From a virus (Duplodnaviria > Caudoviricetes): DNA of 64,000 nucleotides. The stretch lies in IMG/VR virus record IMGVR_UViG_3300026522_000023, positions 32,001 to 96,000 of that record; one strand, written 5' to 3'. Shown here piece by piece: positions 61,881 to 64,000 of the stretch (within the stretch, counting starts at the first letter, position 1; each line of letters opens with the position of its first letter). The notes beneath the pieces were generated by a model. That model was not told the origin of the DNA and did no database searches. It was given only the letters and a program-made list of their open reading frames with translations. Made by a program: the position numbers and the translations under genes.

Positions 61881-62929
61881 TTAGAATTTCGACAACATTT
61901 ACAAATGCTATAAAATCCATCTTTACTGGTTTTATTTTTACTAAAATATTTATTATGAGCTAATTTTATTTCGCCGCATCTACTACAACGTTTATAATGT
62001 CCTTTTTCAACATTTAAATAATACCAACTTAAATATTCATCTTCCGCAGTAGATGCAATTAATTTTGGAATTTTGTTTCTCCATAGACTAGAAATATACT
62101 CAAGACTATGTTTAATACCAAATTCCATTTGGATTTTCTCTTGAATGTCAATATTTTGTAATCCATCAATTTTATATTCAACTATTCTATCATATAATGG
62201 ATAGTCTTTCAAAGCTTTGTCACATAATTTATCAAAATCTTCCATTAAATACCATAAATCTTTTTCATACTCGCCTTGACTATCTTGTTTTAATCGAGAA
62301 TAGTTACATAAAATAGCAGAACAAACGACAGGATCTAATAAACTTACTCCTTCTGGAATCGGATAAACATATCCATCTTCATCATCTAACATTTTTACTT
62401 CTCCATCTAAAGGAGTTAAACATCTTGAGCGAGTTAATTTATTAGGAATAATTGGTTTGCGGTAAGCATTTTTAATAACATACTAATCTTTCCGCATTTC
62501 AATTAATGCTTTTTTAATTACAAAAGCATCTTTACCTTCTGTCACTTTCAATTTGGCTTCCCAAGCTGAAATGGCTTCTTTTAACTATTTTAAATAAGGT
62601 ATTTCTTCAACATCTTTTTTTGTAATTGTAACTTTTGGCTAAAATATTGTATTTTTATTTTCAGTAATTAAATTATAAATTCCATCTTCGCCATTTTCTA
62701 GTTGAGAGACAAGACCTTCAAAAGAAGTTTCTCTTTTATTAACTGTAGCCATACGATTTTCAGTTAATAATTTTTTTTCCTTTTTCTCTTGTTTCTCCAT
62801 ACAAAGAACTAAATAGTCAGCCAAGACTTCTAAATATTTTTCACTTGGTTCAGGATTCTCAGCAAGAATCTTTTTGACTAATTCATTTCTCTCTTCTGGA
62901 GTTTGTAAAGAATAATCTAACTTTATCAT
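61865..62929 (-). CDS. Putative transcription regulator with HTH-like segment and C-terminal Zn finger (354 aa)
   Basis: Joins ORFs 62639-62929 and 61865-62392; IVEYKIDGLQNIDIQ...HSLEYISSLW; CSRC...CKCC. Confidence 0.5.
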
Positions 62930-62953
62930 TTTTTACCTCCAGTCTATATAAAT

Positions 62954-62982
62954 ATTATATCGCAAATTTTCTCTTCTGTCAA
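62954..62982 (-). promoter_or_regulatory. Consensus sigma70/SigA promoter
   Basis: TTGACA-17 nt-TATAAT on the minus strand. Confidence 0.85.
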
Positions 62983-63060
62983 AGAAAATTTTTAATCTTT
63001 TAAATAAAAGATTAAAAATTTTTTTAGATAAATTAATAGAAATTACCCATTTACAGAAAT

Positions 63061-63089
63061 TTGACAATTTTAAAAAAATTTATTATAAT
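63061..63089 (+). promoter_or_regulatory. Consensus sigma70/SigA promoter (divergent)
   Basis: TTGACA-17 nt-TATAAT; AGGAGG RBS before ATG 63120. Confidence 0.85.
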
Positions 63090-63119
63090 ATTTATAGAAT
63101 AAAAAGATAGGAGGATTAT

Positions 63120-63488
63120 ATGGAAGTATTAAGTATTATAAATATTATTTTTTTAATAATTATGGTAATTATTGAAGGATTAAAGTATGTTGTATTTATT
63201 TTTTCTAATACTTCTAATAATACCATATTAAGTCAAACAGAAACAGTATTAGGTAAAGCTATAAATAAATATCCTTGTACTGTTGGATTAAGTATTGTAT
63301 TCAATGCTGATTTTGATGGTATAATTACAGATTTTTCAAAATATGAAGATTATAATTTAATTGTATTCACAAGTTATAAGCCAGAAGATCCTCCTGAAGA
63401 TTTAGCAGATATTAAAATGCTAACGTTCATTCCAAATTGTATAGTTTATGAATACGAAGGAGGATATTTTGATTGGGAGGAATCATAA
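63120..63488 (+). CDS. Hypothetical membrane-anchored protein (122 aa)
   Basis: N-terminal hydrophobic segment; RBS; no TAG. Confidence 0.7.
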   Translation: MEVLSIINIIFLIIMVIIEGLKYVVFIFSNTSNNTILSQTETVLGKAINKYPCTVGLSIVFNADFDGIITDFSKYEDYNLIVFTSYKPEDPPEDLADIKMLTFIPNCIVYEYEGGYFDWEES

Positions 63489-63706
63489 TAGTTTTATTAT
63501 TGGGAGTAATTTCTACTCTTGAATTTATAGAATATGCTCCTTTTATTAAAGAAATAGAATCAAATAGTGATAAATTTATTGCTTTATTAATATTTTTAAT
63601 TGGTGGTCCATTTTTTGCTATCACTAATGTTTTTAATTATATTTTAGATATATTAATGCCTGAAGGATGGAATGATGAAGATGACAGTAACAAATTCAAT
63701 AAATAA
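63473..63706 (+). CDS. Small two-TM membrane protein (77 aa)
   Basis: Two hydrophobic stretches; AGGAGG upstream of TTG. Confidence 0.6.
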   Translation: MGGIIIVLLLGVISTLEFIEYAPFIKEIESNSDKFIALLIFLIGGPFFAITNVFNYILDILMPEGWNDEDDSNKFNK

Positions 63707-64000
63707 ACTTAAAGAATATAACCAGAAAAATTGGATAGATCCTCTAACAAGAATTGCCCAAGCGCTCTCTCCACGTAGCACAGTATGTTTTTGTACAGAC
63801 TACCGCAATAATAAATATCTCGCACCACTTCTCAATGTACTGTTGGCGCATGACATTACCGTTCATCTGTGCAATAAGCATACTCCAGATATTTTTGATA
63901 TGATCTCTGAATCAACTTTGACCATCGTTGATTTCCCAGAAGGTGAGCATATCATTAATTGTTATCCTTTCACTCTTGGAGGATGGGCGACAAATAACCG
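63672..64000 (+). CDS. Hypothetical protein, weakly FolD NAD(P)-binding-domain-like (runs off the window)
   Basis: Open to the window end; YLAPLLNVLLAHDITVHLCNKHT resembles the FolD PLA.LL...ATVTVCH.KT segment. Confidence 0.4.
   Translation, partial: MMKMTVTNSINKLKEYNQKNWIDPLTRIAQALSPRSTVCFCTDYRNNKYLAPLLNVLLAHDITVHLCNKHTPDIFDMISESTLTIVDFPEGEHIINCYPFTLGGWATNN

Noticed and set aside
1-62929. Mass pseudogenisation or a decayed prophage, suggested by the fragmented ORF track
   Set aside because: Every interruption checked is TAG, the fragments stay in one frame, and TAGs fall at conserved Gln sites; recoding explains all of it.
1-64000. Suppressor tRNA or other tRNA/ncRNA genes
   Set aside because: Intergenic gaps are short and accounted for by terminators and promoters; no cloverleaf or T-loop signature was recognised by eye.

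Overview
AT-rich 64-kb segment of a large tailed phage, probably infecting a gut Firmicute (Clostridia-like; host inferred), that reads TAG as glutamine (translation table 15). The supplied standard-code ORF track is therefore shattered. Reading TAG as Gln joins the fragments into about 45 intact, tightly packed genes that end only in TAA or TGA. Left end (+ strand): nrdD and nrdG, a MuF-like protein, dUTPase and a RuvC-like resolvase. Positions 5635-8487 (-) hold a compact six-gene module of unknown function: a Gly/Asn/Gln/Cys-rich membrane-anchored coiled-coil protein, a BclA-C/C1q-like jelly-roll protein, a HExxH protein and three others. It is transcribed divergently from a LytTR regulator that lacks the phosphoacceptor Asp. 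Positions 9460-62929 (-) form a siphovirus-type morphogenesis cluster: Zn-finger/HTH genes, terminase, portal, protease-scaffold, capsid, neck, major tail, a 3078-aa tape measure protein, tail tip/baseplate and fibre genes, a 2591-aa CotH-kinase/LRR protein and a holin. A recurring non-sigma70 motif (GG-N11-TAA-N14-TTTT[C/A]A) lies upstream of late genes, often directly before an intrinsic terminator. No tRNA, CRISPR array, integrase or endolysin was seen. All coordinates were derived by hand under code 15, and family assignments come from motif recognition, not database searches.
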